This document shows, one piece after another, positions 1-13,260 of a stretch of DNA of 64,000 nucleotides. The notes under the pieces are model-generated. The model saw only the letters and a list, made by a program, of their open reading frames with translations. It made no database searches and was not told the DNA's origin. The stretch spans positions 368,094,001-368,158,000 of the forward strand of contig OZ024743.1 of NCBI GenBank assembly GCA_964016885.1. Direction: 5' to 3'. This DNA is from Eledone cirrhosa. Its lineage: Eukaryota. Each line of letters starts with the position of its first letter. The stretch's first letter is position 1. The position numbers were made by a program, and so were the translations under genes.

Positions 1-90
1 ACAATTTGGATCAAATTCAAAACCAATGTAATTACAAAGCAAACTTTTTAAAACCACAATGACTTCACCCGTACATGAAACATGTAAGAG

Positions 91-171
91 AAGATTATTA
101 TAATAAATTGAAGTGAAAGCAACTGGTGCGTGTGTTTCTTATTGGCAACATGACCCTCCTAAAGTATAACA
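91..171. repeat. Interspersed repeat fragment shared with 32211-32290 (inverted)
   Basis: ttattataataaattgaagtgaaagcaactggtg..gtgtttcttatt.gcaacatgaccctcc.aaagtataacaa is the near-perfect reverse complement of 32211-32290. Confidence 0.7.
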
Positions 172-3100
172 ACTAAGGGATTAGTTATTGTCAATATCCT
201 TTAGATTCAGTAATACTAAAGATATAACCAGTGTTGGTTCATAGAAAAGGATATTATATTAAGAACTATAAAGAATGAATGGGTAAGAGGTATAACAAAA
301 TTTGAAGTAAACTTATTGTTTTCTGTATTGGCAAGGCAATATATTATAATACAGAATAATGGTTGCCTAATGAATAACTACAATATATATTATCTAAATA
401 TGAGATTTAGATGCTGTTTGAGATCATAGGAATAAAAACCTGAGTATAAGTTAATTTAAATACAAATATCTATATCATAATCCAATTAAAATGAACATAT
501 ATTTCTTAAAGGAATCACTTGTAATAATGTTCTTTTTTGCTCTTTGTGCCTAATCTCTGTTTAGGATACGAATCATCAATTGTTAGTATCTCTCTAAAAA
601 TAATAGTTATTCCATTAAGATTTTACTAATTAGTGTACTCTCCATTGTCTTTATACAGTTACTATTGTAAAACTGTGATAGCTCCTAGATCTGTTTTACT
701 TTACTTGCAACACTAATGCCTTTGAGAAATGTATGAACATTAATATGGGGTGCAACATAACAATTTTGACATACTGCACTCTCTCCACTGTGCTGTCTTT
801 CCTTGTATGCTCGTATATTCTAGTGGTGGCCATGATAGAGTTCTGGTATAACTGGCATGCTGGTTCTGTGGGTTGTGTGTGCCTTGCTGTTCAGCCATAA
901 GACTTCTTCAAGACTAATCTGGTATTACACAAATAGACTGATACCCAGGCAGTTTCAAAATGGTATTTAGTAAGTTCTGTTACTTAGATGAATTAATCAG
1001 TGCTACAGGGTGATGGAGGTGTGATATAGCATAGTTTTGGATGTGTATAGAGAGATGTTTAGATTTGTTGACAATAACTGACAAAAATGCCTGTCTCATT
1101 ACATGGTAAATAACTTTCACAACAATTTTAAGATGCCACGTTTTTGCTCAGATTTGTAAATGATTCTTACAAAAATCAAGTTTGTCTTGATTACTAATTC
1201 TTGTTTTAATTAGCTCTTTCAAAAGACTCAGTATTTGAAAATCTAATTTTCATATTTTAGTTCACTTGAAGATATAATTAAATAACAATAATTTTTGACA
1301 ATTACATCTGGCAATTCTTGGTGTAAAGAAACAATTGCTTGCTCCCATATGTATTGTTTGAAAATGATTTTACCTTAATGTAGTAAGATGCCCAAAATTT
1401 TAATACATTTTAAAGTCTTTTAAATTCATTAGTATTTAAAATAGTTCAATATAAAATCAGTAAAATTCCACATAAAAATCTTTTCAGTACTCTAAACACA
1501 CAGTTTGACCTTTAGCAGAAATGTTTGGTATGTTGGTAGCTACTATTTAGCAATAAGTGGTTGGTTGTTATGGTGTTGATTGTTGACGTTGGTCATTGAG
1601 TTGTAGTGTGTTATATGAATTAAGGCGATTGAAAAGTGATCAAGATCAATCATGAGTTGAGACAGACAAAAAAGCCAAAACTGCTAATTTGTATATTTTT
1701 TATTTGTGCTGTGGTATACATCACCAGGTATCAAAATATAACACCTCCAGAATATAGAAAAGGTTTGATATATCTAAGAGTGTTTTGTCAACAGGTTGCT
1801 AAATATAGTCTTCATAGATAAGAGTATTTTGTGGTGATATGTCAAAATTTTCCAGTGAATGTGAATATGCTGGTGAGTGACTGGCTGTGACAGAGAAAAC
1901 ACCTTTGTTAGCAAAGTACTCTGAACTTTTTCCTTCCCCTTTTAACCCTCTTCTTTATATTACTTTATCTCTAGCCTTACCTATATTTCCAAGTAAGTAG
2001 AACATAACTATAACTCTTAGTAATTTATATAAAAATTCCATGGTCTTTTGTTTTTATTGCACTTTACTGGTGTAAGTCTTCTACTCTATTGAATTTTGCA
2101 TTGAAGGGGCCACTGTTGATTTCCTGAAAATGATGTCACAAAGCAATGCTTTATACCAGCATTTCAAAACGAGCATCTTTCAAGTGAGCATTTGGATTTC
2201 AGCTCATGTGCTGATGATGCCAGTGCAAAACCTTTGAAATCATTGATGAACTAAACTTCATCTTGCAAAGTGACAACCAATATTTTTATAAGTCAGTGAA
2301 AGGTGAGGTGCATGTGTCCACCATATTTGCATATCCCCTAAGACCACTGGGATTGATATGCTTGAAGTCAAGTTTGAATATGTTGATGTTTTTAGGATAG
2401 AGAATTCTAAAATACTGCAGTTCTGGGAAGAATAGAAGGACTAAGTGAACTGTTAAATACAGAATCTGAGAGGTAAGATATACAGGAAGAGGAGAGATAT
2501 GTGGTTCAAGGTGGAGTGAATATATAAGGAATAAAACTGGAACAGAGCCTTTGTTGTGACTAGACCAAAGAGAGGTAATTTCACAGCTACAAGATATTAG
2601 TTATAGTAAGTTGAGTAAATTATTGTCAATATTTCTCTACCTGGCCAACAACTGGTTTCACCCCCAATTTATAACAGGTTAGAAGGTATCATCCAGGAAT
2701 GAAACCAATTATACCATATTCATGTATCAAAATTTTGATTTAAGAAAAAACTTGCAGTCATGCTGATGTGGAAAAAGAATGGATAAAACAGCAATAAAAT
2801 ATTTTAATTTGATGTCTGGTAATAAAGATTAGGCTATTGTGTAAACTCTTTGAAATATATTTCCTCATTAGTACAAACTAGCAATATATTAAACTTCAAA
2901 TATATTTATTCATGGTTTATTATAATTTATTAACTGAATTTGAGATGTTAGTAAATTAGCATCTAATGTGTTTGATGATTCATCAATATCAATGAATGCT
3001 TATTATACTGTCTGAAATGATACTGGCATGTTTCCAGTCTATTGAGATGTACTCAATAGGTGAGAGATAAAGAAGTTGAAATAGATTGTTAAAATGTTTA

Positions 3101-3552
3101 AAATTGATATTTACATTCATATTTGGCAGAAAATTACATGAAATCAAGCGACAAAGAAAATGCCATTTTTGAATTTTTCAAATTACGTAAAAATTCAGTT
3201 TTCATTTTTTTAAAAATAATTTTTATATTACAGTTACACATGTCATAAATGTTTAAACCCAAGAAATCATAAAGGAAATATGTATGAATAATATCTAAGA
3301 AACTACAAGCATGCTAGCTTGGAAAAACAGATGTAAAATGATGGTGATAAGTGAAAAGATAAGATATTCTATCTGGACTTCCAAGGTGGATTCCCAACAG
3401 TGTGCTATCAGTCATGGAATTCTACAGATAGTAATGATTAATGATGGTAGAATCTATTTATCATAACACTAATGTAGTCTCTCCAACAAACATTAATTCC
3501 ACAAAATGGAAAAGCAGACATAAAATATTGATGATGATATATATATATATAT

Positions 3553-3866
3553 ATCATCATCATCATTTTTATGTCCGCTTTTCCCTGCTTGCAAGGGTGG
3601 TAGGGGAACTGATTCTGGCTCAATTTCTACAGCTGGATGCCCTTCCTAACACCAACCTCATTTACAGTGAGTGGTGGGTGCTTTTTTGCTGTGGCACCAC
3701 CACGTCCACTTTACAGTGTGGGCTGGGTGCTTTTTTGCCGTGGGACCTCCACAACCACTTTACAGTGGAATGATAGGGATTGGGGTCCCTATCATCTCAT
3801 TTCTACAGCTGAGTAAACTGGAACTGTGAAATAAAGTGTCTTGCTCAAGGAAACAACACATCACCC
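3553..3866 (-). mobile_element. tRNA-derived SINE family B (RTE-type tail), 5'-truncated
   Basis: Near-identical to 43249-43597. (CAT)n tail on +. The head is lost at the foldback junction at 3867. Confidence 0.8.
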
Positions 3867-5280
3867 GAATAAAGGAACAAAGAATCGGTGTTGCATCATA
3901 ACATATTTAATAATATATTACACTAGCAGAAGTGCCCGGCGTTGCTCAGGGCTGAGGAACTGATGTATTATAATGAATATTCCATCTCGTTTGGTTTGCA
4001 GGTCTGGTGTGTCATGGTCTCTGTTAACTACGGTATATATAATCTGGTTGCTGCTAGAAAAATAGACATACGGCAGCAGGGTTTGTACCTACATAGGTGA
4101 TCCCCTGTCTATTTGACTTTCGCCTGACCTAACTGAGGTCGTAGGTGAAAGGGATAGGATCAACCACTTTTTGACAGGACAAAGAAGACGTTTGTTGGTG
4201 CCTGTTTATGTCGTGGTTTTGGGTTCAATATCTAATTTTTTTTATTCCTTACTGAAAGTACTTAATGAACCTGTGAACATCCCTAGCAGTTAAGAATGAG
4301 AAATTGAATTGTTTCTGGCGCGATTGTACTCTCGTCATTGTTAACGAAAACTACATTGAAACACACACATGCTAATGGCGACATAACATTTACCGGTTAT
4401 ATAAAATTTTCATGCTATATAACATTGTACTGACTACATAGCCGTTTACCTGCTACATAGCTTTACCGGCTACATAAATAACCGAAAACGAAAATAATTG
4501 TCGTTTGATTTTACGATTGAAAGAAAATAATTGTCGCAAATTAGAATTTTTATTTGTTAATGAAGTGTGTATGTGTGGTTAGAAATCCGGCACGTGGCTA
4601 AATTGATTTAAAGTTTAATTATTCATTTGATGTGAGTGTGTGTTTGTATGTGTTTGCAAATAAATAAATCAGTTTGAAGACTCACATTTAGAATAAACGA
4701 AATTGTGCGTTAATGTGGCTAATGTTTTTGTTGTTTAGTCTGTAAAGTGTATGAGTGAGAGAGTAAAACGGACAGTATCACCATCAACATGAACAATGTA
4801 AAATGAAAAGAATAGTTGTTTCAGCTTGGAAAGAGAAAGTAGCAGAAAGTATGAAATTGTATAGATTTTGAAGGATAATGGAAAGTGAGAAGCATTTGAA
4901 ATGAGAGAGGAAAAATCGTAAAATATTGAGTTTTATCGAATTTTTTGCATAATTGTGGGTGAAATTGAAAGAAATATATATGCCATGACCCAATTGAAGC
5001 TATTTCGAATACTGAATTGTAAATTTCAATTGAAGAAATTCTATATCGTAGATTTCTATAACAAAGAAATGTGACCATACACTGAGCTTTATAGATTATG
5101 ATATGTTTCACTGTCGACCACCTTGAGGAATGATCTATTATTGATCAAATCTGACTCTGAAATCAAAAGATCTTTGTTCAATCAATAATAGATCGTCCCT
5201 CGAGCTGATCAACAGTGAAACATATGTAATATATTATTAAATATGTTATGATGCAACACTGATTCTTTGTTCCTTTATTC
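3867..5280. repeat. Foldback element (~100 bp arms) whose left arm is split by a Helitron
   Basis: 3867-3922 joined to 5102-5145 is the reverse complement of 5181-5280. The outer 56 bp differ at one position. Confidence 0.8.
3923..5101 (-). mobile_element. Non-autonomous Helitron
   Basis: Minus strand begins TC (TCATAATCTATAAAG) and ends with a GC-rich hairpin-like ccctgagcaacgccggg, then cacttctg CTAG. It sits between A and T with no TSD; removing it restores tattaca|tatgtttcac, matching the intact inverted arm. Confidence 0.85.
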
Positions 5281-5402
5281 TAATACTATAATACTCTGCT
5301 CTTAACGAGCATCGAGTGCTCACCGGCATACCGCCTACGGATGCAATTATCTTGCACCTATACACCTATATATATATATGTATATATATATATATAGGTA
5401 AA

Positions 5403-5541
5403 TTAATAGTTTCTATTTTAGGCACAAGGCCAGCAATTACCCAGTACATTAATGGTACTTTATTTTATCGACCCCCATAAGGATGAAAGGCAAAGTTAAC
5501 CTCGGCGGGATTTGAACTTAGATCATAAAGGGACGTAACTC
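5403..5541 (-). mobile_element. tRNA-derived SINE family A, 5'-truncated
   Basis: Reverse complement of the 3' part of 21443-21627. Confidence 0.8.
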
Positions 5542-5725
5542 AATAACATTTAATATATGAAATGCATATGGTGAGAAAAACAAAGCACTGCATTAACCAT
5601 ACAGGCTGAATTAGTCGCTAAGTATATGTACAAGATTGTTCATTTATTGCCATAGGAAATCAGAATTTATTTTTAAATAAAATAATTCAGAGGTATCCTC
5701 TGCATGAAAATCACTAGGTAACTTA

Positions 5726-5762
<37 letters not shown>

Positions 5763-6081
5763 AAAATTGAGATGAACAAACAAACATTAAGCAATCCCTT
5801 AAATAAATTAAAAAAATGATTTAAATATCTACCTGTTCATAATGCTATGACCGTTGGTTTTGATCTCTATGGGTACTTAGTACTCAGAGATATTTACCCC
5901 ATTTTATATATTCTCCAATCTATGTAGAGAAAAGAATTTGTTGTTGCTTACTGCTATTTTTTTAGCAGCAAAGCCATCAACACGTCTGTAATATTCCCGC
6001 TTTCACTAGTGGCCAGTTCACGTGTGGGTCACTTTAACGTCCATAACTCATAATGAGCTGGTAGTTGGCATTATATTTGCA

Positions 6082-6263
6082 TGGTGGATTGGCAGTATCG
6101 GTAGAGGGTCGGACGCCATGCTTTCCAGCATAGTTACGTCCCTTTACGATCTGAGTTCAAATCCTGCCGAGGTTGACTTTGCCTTTCATCCTTACGAGGT
6201 TGATAAAATAAAGTACCAGTAATGCACTGGGTAATTGCTGGCTTTGTGCCTTAAGTAGAAACA
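6082..6263 (+). mobile_element. tRNA-derived SINE family A, full length
   Basis: Box A-like tggattggcagtatcgg and box B gagttcaaatcc. 12-bp TSD attatatttgca at 6070-6081 and 6264-6275. Confidence 0.88.
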
Positions 6264-6308
6264 ATTATATTTGCAAGCTGTGGGACTTAGTCCTATAGGA
6301 TAGAAATA

Positions 6309-6388
6309 GCGATCTGATGAACTTTACTTTTCCGTTAGAAATTCTCTGAATTTCTAATCTTTTGTAAAGCGAAACCGCCGGTAATAGC
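6309..6388 (+). ncRNA. Type I hammerhead ribozyme motif with long stem II (slightly degenerate)
   Basis: gcgat-CTGATGA-a ctttac...ttagaaattc tct gaatttctaa...gtaaag c-GAAA-cc gcc gg-TA-atagc. Core boxes intact, stem III acc/ggt, one mismatch in stem I, A-C at the 10.1/11.1 pair. Confidence 0.75.
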
Positions 6389-8449
6389 ATTATGAACAGG
6401 TAGATATTTAAATCATTTTTAAATTTATTTAAAGGATTGTTTAATGTTTGTTTGTTCTGCTCATCTCAATTTTTATAGTTCTGGTATCTCAAATTAGTAC
6501 CATGGAACAACAATTATATTATAGACACCCTATATATCTCTATGGGTACTTAGTACTCGGAGAGATATTTACCCCATTTTATATATATATATATATATGT
6601 ATTTATTTCAAACATATAAATGTACTTTAGTGTTCTAAATATTTAGTATTTTTGATATTTTCTATAAAGAAAACGAAAAAAAAAAAAAAAAAAAAAAAAT
6701 CAGAATAATGAAAAGTATTTTTTTCTAAAAGTGTGCCTAAGTATAAATAACAAATATAATTACCAGCAAACTAAGAATTTTTGTTAATTATTATTTTTGG
6801 TCAAGTTGACTTGAACATATTTTAAAGGGTATGGAATACAGAAACAAGAATTGTGATTCAGTATGATTTTCCTTAACTTTATTGCATTTAAATGAAACTA
6901 GGTGAGAAATTAAGAAATGGGTTTATGATCAGTATTGGTAGGATATGGCAGGATCAATTGAATTGAGTCAAACAAAAATACTTTGCTCGTTTTTAGATAT
7001 GTTTATGTCTAACTCCACATGCGCTTTTTGTCTTCCACAAATCGACAAGTACCAGAAAAATTACTGAGGTCATTACTGAAGGCAATACCTCAACATGACC
7101 ACTGACCAATTACTGACACCAGTTAGAGATTATAAAAATATGACCAATGAATGGGTAACAGTCATAGTTTGTGTAAAATATGTTGTGGTATTTAGTTACA
7201 TCCCTTTAGATTTTGAGTATAATCCTCAGGTCTACCACAACCTAGGTCTGCTTTGCCTTTCACCCTTCTGAAGTTGACAAAATAAGTACTGGAGCCTGTG
7301 TCTCACCTATATTTATGATGGCTGTACCCCAGCATGGTCAAGGCCCAAATGACTAAAACCATTGGAGAAAAATCTACATATATAGTAAAAATTTCGATGT
7401 ATCACTAATTGGTATATCTGCATATGTGGTCAATATTCTAGCCTATTTTGTACTATTCACTATTTAATATAACTATTATGGTCACCAATATCTGAAAGAA
7501 ATCGTCTTTCATCAGTGTAAAGAAATCTTATTGCATTTCAAGCAACTTGTTTTATTTTTCATAAAAGCTTGCAAAAAATAGCTTGTTAAAGAAGCAAACT
7601 TCAAAAGAAAACTAATCCTATTAGTAATTATTGATAAAAAATGGATTTGCTAACTGCAGTAATTTTTAAAATATGAGAATGTATACTTAAATCACAAAAC
7701 AAACATTATATAAGCAAAGATAGTTACATATATGATGGTTGGGGAGTATGAATTATTGTATGAGGAAATTAAAGAAGCATTTATCTGTATTAGATGAAGT
7801 TATTTTGAAAACAGAAATATAAAAAAAAAAAAGTTACTGTTTAAACAATAAATACAAGCTGTCATGTGATCTACAAAAGTTGCTTAGTTATAACTCACAG
7901 GAACTAATTATTTGAATACCAAGAGAATAAATACTGAAGTAAACTATATGTAAAATTTTATCATTTAATGTTATTTTATTCAACATATCACAAACATTTT
8001 TCAAACTGAAAAGCAAGAGGTTTGTTCACTCTAGTCATGCTAATGTTAATAGATCTATGAACACTAAATGTTGGATTATTACATGTTCTATTTAGGGAAG
8101 AAATGTATCATCATCATACATCTATTTTCCATGCTTGCATAGGTTAGATGGTTTATCACATTTGAGTCTAGACAAATCAGATGACTGTCTCTTGCTCATA
8201 TATTGATTTTCACATCTGTATTATGAGTTAAAAAGACTTCAATGAATGAAGATTATCTTAGCAATTAAATTACACCCCCCCCCCCCACCTGCTTGAAGTG
8301 TTTAAAATATAAAAACAACTAGCAATATTATTGGTTAATCCAAATTTTAGGAAATTATGTAGACTCCAGTCAAAAGTGGCTATTGCATTTAAAGCGATGG
8401 ACACATTTTGATTTTGTTAGATCTCATCAAATTCACTTCAGTTGGCTAT

Positions 8450-9391
8450 ATATATAGCTATATATATAGATATAGATATATAGATATATAGATATATATA
8501 TAGATATATAGATATAGATATATATATAGATATATAGATATAGATATATAGATATAGATATATATATATATATATATAGATATATATAGATATATATATA
8601 TAGATATATATAGATATATAGATATATAGATATATATATATATATATATATATATAGATATATATGTATATATATATATATATATAGATATATAGATATA
8701 GATATAGATATATATATAGATATAGATATATATATAGATATAGATATATATATATATATATAGATATATATAGATATATATATATATATAGATATATATA
8801 TAGATAGATATAGATATAGATATATAGATATATAGATATAGATATATATATAGATATATATATATATAGATATATATATAGATATATATATAGATATATA
8901 TAGATATAGATATATATATAGATATAGATATATATATATATAGATATATATAGATATAGATATATAGATATATAGATATATAGATAGATATATAGATAGA
9001 TATATAGATAGATATATATAGATATATATATAGATATATATATAGATATATAGATAGATATATAGATAGATATATATAGATATAGATAGATATAGATAGA
9101 TATAGATAGATATAGATATATAGATAGATATAGATATATAGATAGATATAGATATATAGATATAGATAGATATAGATATATAGATATAGATATATAGATA
9201 TATATAGATAGATATATATATATAGATAGATATATATATATATATAGATAGATATAGATATATAGATAGATATAGAGATAGAGAGATAGAGAGATATAGA
9301 GATAGAGAGATAGAGATAGAGAGATAGAGAGATAGAGATAGAGATAGAGAGATAGAGAGATAGAGAGATAGATATAGAGATATATATAGAG

Positions 9392-9421
<30 letters not shown>
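8450..9421. repeat. ~970 bp compound (TA)n/(TAGA)n/(GA)n microsatellite
   Basis: Visible directly. It drifts from TA-rich to TAGA to GAGA units and accounts for the spurious YI-repeat ORFs. Confidence 0.97.
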
Positions 9422-9422
<1 letters not shown>

Positions 9423-12081
9423 ATGTTTCTTTATTAGTCACAGGGGCACAAAAGAAGGGGACAAATACAAAGGGGGAAGTTTACATACAATAAAAACGTG
9501 TAAAATGTTATCACAAATGCAATTTAAAAAATTAGTCGATTTTCCCCAATAGGGGGAGACAGTTTATATGGGTAACACATACCCCCGAAAAAATGTGCAA
9601 CCCTCATCTCCAGGAGTACGAAGAGTTTGTACTCCTTTCCTCTCCTCCTCCTTTTCCTCAACCTACAGGCTGATATAGAGAGAAGGCCCATTCACTCGGG
9701 CCATTCTCGCCACTTTCACCCACCTTTCATAAAACTTGCTGGGGTACAGCACCTCTCTCTCCATCCTGATTCTTCTTCCAAAGTGGTATTTGAAAAAAGA
9801 ATCAGTTGTTGGCCGGAGAGAAAGGTGTCTGACCTCAGCCCTTTCAACCTTGTCCACCATACAACCTCTTTCGCCATAGCTATCACACAAAGGAAAACCG
9901 CCTCTCCTTCGTTTTTGAAGGAGGGTGGCGGTTTGATCATGACGATGGACTCGGTGGTCAACTGGATTGATCCCACCCGCGACAATAGTCGTTCTACATA
10001 GCCCCACAGGTCAGTGACGCCCGGGCAGTGTATGAATGCGTGCGTGACGGTTTCTTCGTCTCGCACACACCTCGGACAGATCTTTTTTGCAGGGTCCCTG
10101 CCCGGGCGCCCATGTCTGTAGAGCTTGTCTCGAACTGGTAGAGCTCCTCGGTAGCACTGCCAGGCCAGGGACTTTTGGAAGTTGTCCATCGGTCCCGGGC
10201 GGAAGGTCCTACCGAACAGACTGTCCAGTTCATCTTCCTCTACGCCTAGTTTCACCGAGCGCGTCGTCGCACTTGCTGCGGATCAACCCTCTATAGAATG
10301 ACGAAGTGGAGTCTCCACTGAACGCCGGGTCCGCCTGCCAGAGGGCTGTGAGCGCCTGAGCACATTCGATGTGCCAGTCACCCATTTTCCTCGGTCCTTG
10401 GTTGACCCAGGACTGCAGCTCGGTCAGCGAGACGAGTCGTGGGAAGGCTCGATTCACGAACGGGGCCCACACCGGTTGTCCGGTGAGGAATACGTAGAGA
10501 TGCCGCAGCCTGAGCGCGTGTTTGCGCATCGTCAACCACGGCATCCCCAGCCCTTCGTTAGAAGGGTGTTAGCAGCAGATGGATCTTCTCACCAAAGGAA
10601 CCCGCCTCTTCCAAAGGAATTGGAAGAGCGCGCGCTCCATTTTGGTGAGCGTTTTGGCTGGACAAGGCACGACGGTCAAGCGGTAGTAGATGGCAGATGC
10701 TATAAAAGTGTTTGCCACCTCCGCTCGACCTTTCAAGGATAGTTTGCACTCGGCCCACTTCTGGGTGAGTGCAAACACCTTGGCCGTCACTTCGTTCCAG
10801 TTCTCCTCCACCTGGAGGTCCGGACCAAACCAGACCCCGAGCAGCTTTACCGGTCCTTCCGTCCAGCGTCCGACGACGCCATCGGAAGGCATCGGTTTGC
10901 CTCTCCACGATCCGAGTTGCAAACCGATGGACTTGTCCCGGTTCAGCTTTGCTCCTGTGAAACCTTTGTATTCCTTCAGTAAGGTGCCGACTTCCTCAAT
11001 TTGCGAGGCGCTCGACACCCTTACTGTAACGTCGTCGGCATAGGCCGACGCCGCTTTCCGCAGTCTCGGTTCCAGAGGGATGCCCTGCAATAGCTCCAAC
11101 TTCCGCAGTAGTGGCTCGAGAGTCAGTACGTACAGAAGGGAGGAGAGAGGGCATCCCTGTCGAATGGATCGCGTAATATGGAACGGCTCCAAGAGGTAGC
11201 TGTTCACCTTGACCCTTGAGCAGATGTTGCTGTTGTGCATTGCAGCAATCCAGCCCCTGAACACGGGTCCGAAGCCTGCCGCCTCGAGCACCGCATCCAG
11301 GTAACGATGGTCAACGATGGTCAACCCTATCGAAAGCCTTAAACTGATCCAAGTTGATCAGGGCCCCACCGAAGCCGGGTTTACACCCTACCCTCTCTAT
11401 GATGTATCGCATGAGGTGGAGGTTGTCGTGTATGGACCTGGTCGGGATTGCGCATGTCTGCGCTTCTCCCACCAGGTTCCCGACGACAAGCGCCAGCCTC
11501 TTTGCCAACATCTTGGCCAAAATCTGTAACTCTGTGTTTAGCAGAGTTATGGGCCGGAAGTTGCCTATGTCATCCCCCTTATTCTCGTCCTTCCTGACTA
11601 GTGTGACTACGCCCCCGGTTACAGAACTGGGAATTCTCCCATTCTGTTGCCAGTTGCAGTAGACCGCTTCCAGGAGATCGGAGAATAAGTCCGGCATTGC
11701 TACGTAAAATTCGTAGTGTAGACCGTCGAGACCTGGAGATTTGCGTTTGCCGCATTGGCTCAGCACGTCCCCTATCTCAGCGGCTGAAATCGGCTTTTCG
11801 CAGAACTTTGCCTCGCTGTCCGAGAGTCGCGGTAGGCCGTCGAGGTATGGACCGAAATCCATAACCCCTCCCGGCGCCCTGCCCCACCCGAACAGTTGAG
11901 CAAAGTGCCGCTGAAAGGCTGCACACATCTGCTTCGGCTCACGTATCACGCGTCCGTTTTGGTCCTTCAAAGACCGAATTGTGGACTTGTTGCCAGTTTT
12001 GCCTCCGTCACTCGGGCCCAGCTAACAGCTTTGGCTCCCTCGTTTCCCAGAGCACGTATTTTGCTTCTGACAACGCAGCCC
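9422..12081 (-). mobile_element. Tx1/L1-clade LINE, 5'-truncated, frameshifted ORF2
   Basis: Overlapping ORFs carry KSPGLDG, NFRPITLLN, LDQFKAFDRVDH, RQGCPLS, YADD and a C-terminal zinc finger CPRC...ETVTHAFIHC. The 3' end has AATAAA abutting (TA)n. Confidence 0.92.
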
Positions 12082-12099
12082 TATGCTGCTTGATGATTT

Positions 12100-13260
12100 T
12101 GATAGTAAGGATGAGCAAATAAAGACATACAATATAGAGGAGCAGTAGGAATTCCTGAAAGATAACCTACTGAAGGTGACAAAGAAAATCTATGGTTGAA
12201 TAAAATCTAGGGAGAATGATAGTGGAAGAGACAATTAAGGCCAAAAGACAGACATGGAAAGAAGGGCATGATGGAGGAAGTAGATCCCCCCCCCCCACCA
12301 TAATTTTGATGGCAAAAAAGACTCCCATAGGTAGATGGAAGGATGGACGAAAGCCATATGGACATGAGAACAATGATCAGATGAGAAAGATTATCGCACA
12401 TACAGTAGGGGCTAGTGTTAAAACTACCTTAAAGGGCCACATGTTCACTGAACTCAGGTTACACACTATAAACAAGAAAGCCCAAATCCTCCACTCACAT
12501 TATGCAAACCCATGGCCTCCAAATACCTAATACACAAAAACTCAGTGATGTCCAATAGTGCTAAGTTTAATATCCTTAATCACAGACTTAGTAAGAGGGA
12601 TGAAGAATGTGTCTTGCATGTGTGATTCAAATGAACTTTAGAGACAAATACAACACTTCATCAATTGCATGCAGTTTTCTGGCTACAACCAAAGAGACAG
12701 AATCAGGGTGTACAAAGGGGCCGTGGTGAAATATAAAACCCTTATAGTGATGGGCATGAAATGGAATAGCATAGATAGGACTAGGCAAAAGATAGGGAAA
12801 TCCAACTTTTGGTACGACAACCAGAGATATCAGTGTCATGTTTGTGGGCCGTGGATGCAACCCCTGGAGGTAAACTAGCTAACCAATTTAGAAAGGCCTT
12901 AAGAAAGACCTATTTAGATATTAAAGTGGTAGATAACCCAGGAACTACCATAAAATCCCTGATCAGTAAAACTTACCTCTTTAAGAAAACCTTCTGTACA
13001 AATAAGAGACGTGTAATATGTAAAGTAAGTCCACAAATAAATTGTAAAACTAGAAATGTAGTCTATAGCATAAGATGTACAGAGGGTGCCTGCAAAAACA
13101 TGACAATGACATACGTAGGAGAGGCAGCCCGTAGCATAGGAGAGAGGATAGATGAACACTAAAGTGAAATAAAAGGACAAAAAGACAATTCAGTACTATA
13201 TGAACACGCCAGACTAAGACATAATGGTGATATAGACAACATAGAAATTAAAATAATTTT
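12100..13260 (+). mobile_element. Degenerate Penelope-like element, 3' part (RT C-terminus + GIY-YIG)
   Basis: CKTRNVVYSIRC...TYVGEAARSIGERIDEH is a GIY-YIG signature. Many frameshifts; the 5' boundary is approximate. Confidence 0.75.

Larger units (their letters stand above)
5760..6585 (+). mobile_element. Non-coding hammerhead-bearing element (retrozyme-like / non-autonomous Penelope derivative) in (TA)n
   Basis: (TA)n on both sides. Inverted arm 5761-5860 matches 6372-6475. Terminal direct repeat 5863-5910 vs 6536-6585. Hammerhead motif at 6309-6388. Nested SINE. Confidence 0.7.

Noticed and set aside
8438-9441. 321- and 327-aa ORFs
   Set aside because: They are translations of a (TA)/(TAGA) microsatellite that happens to lack stops; no coding signal.
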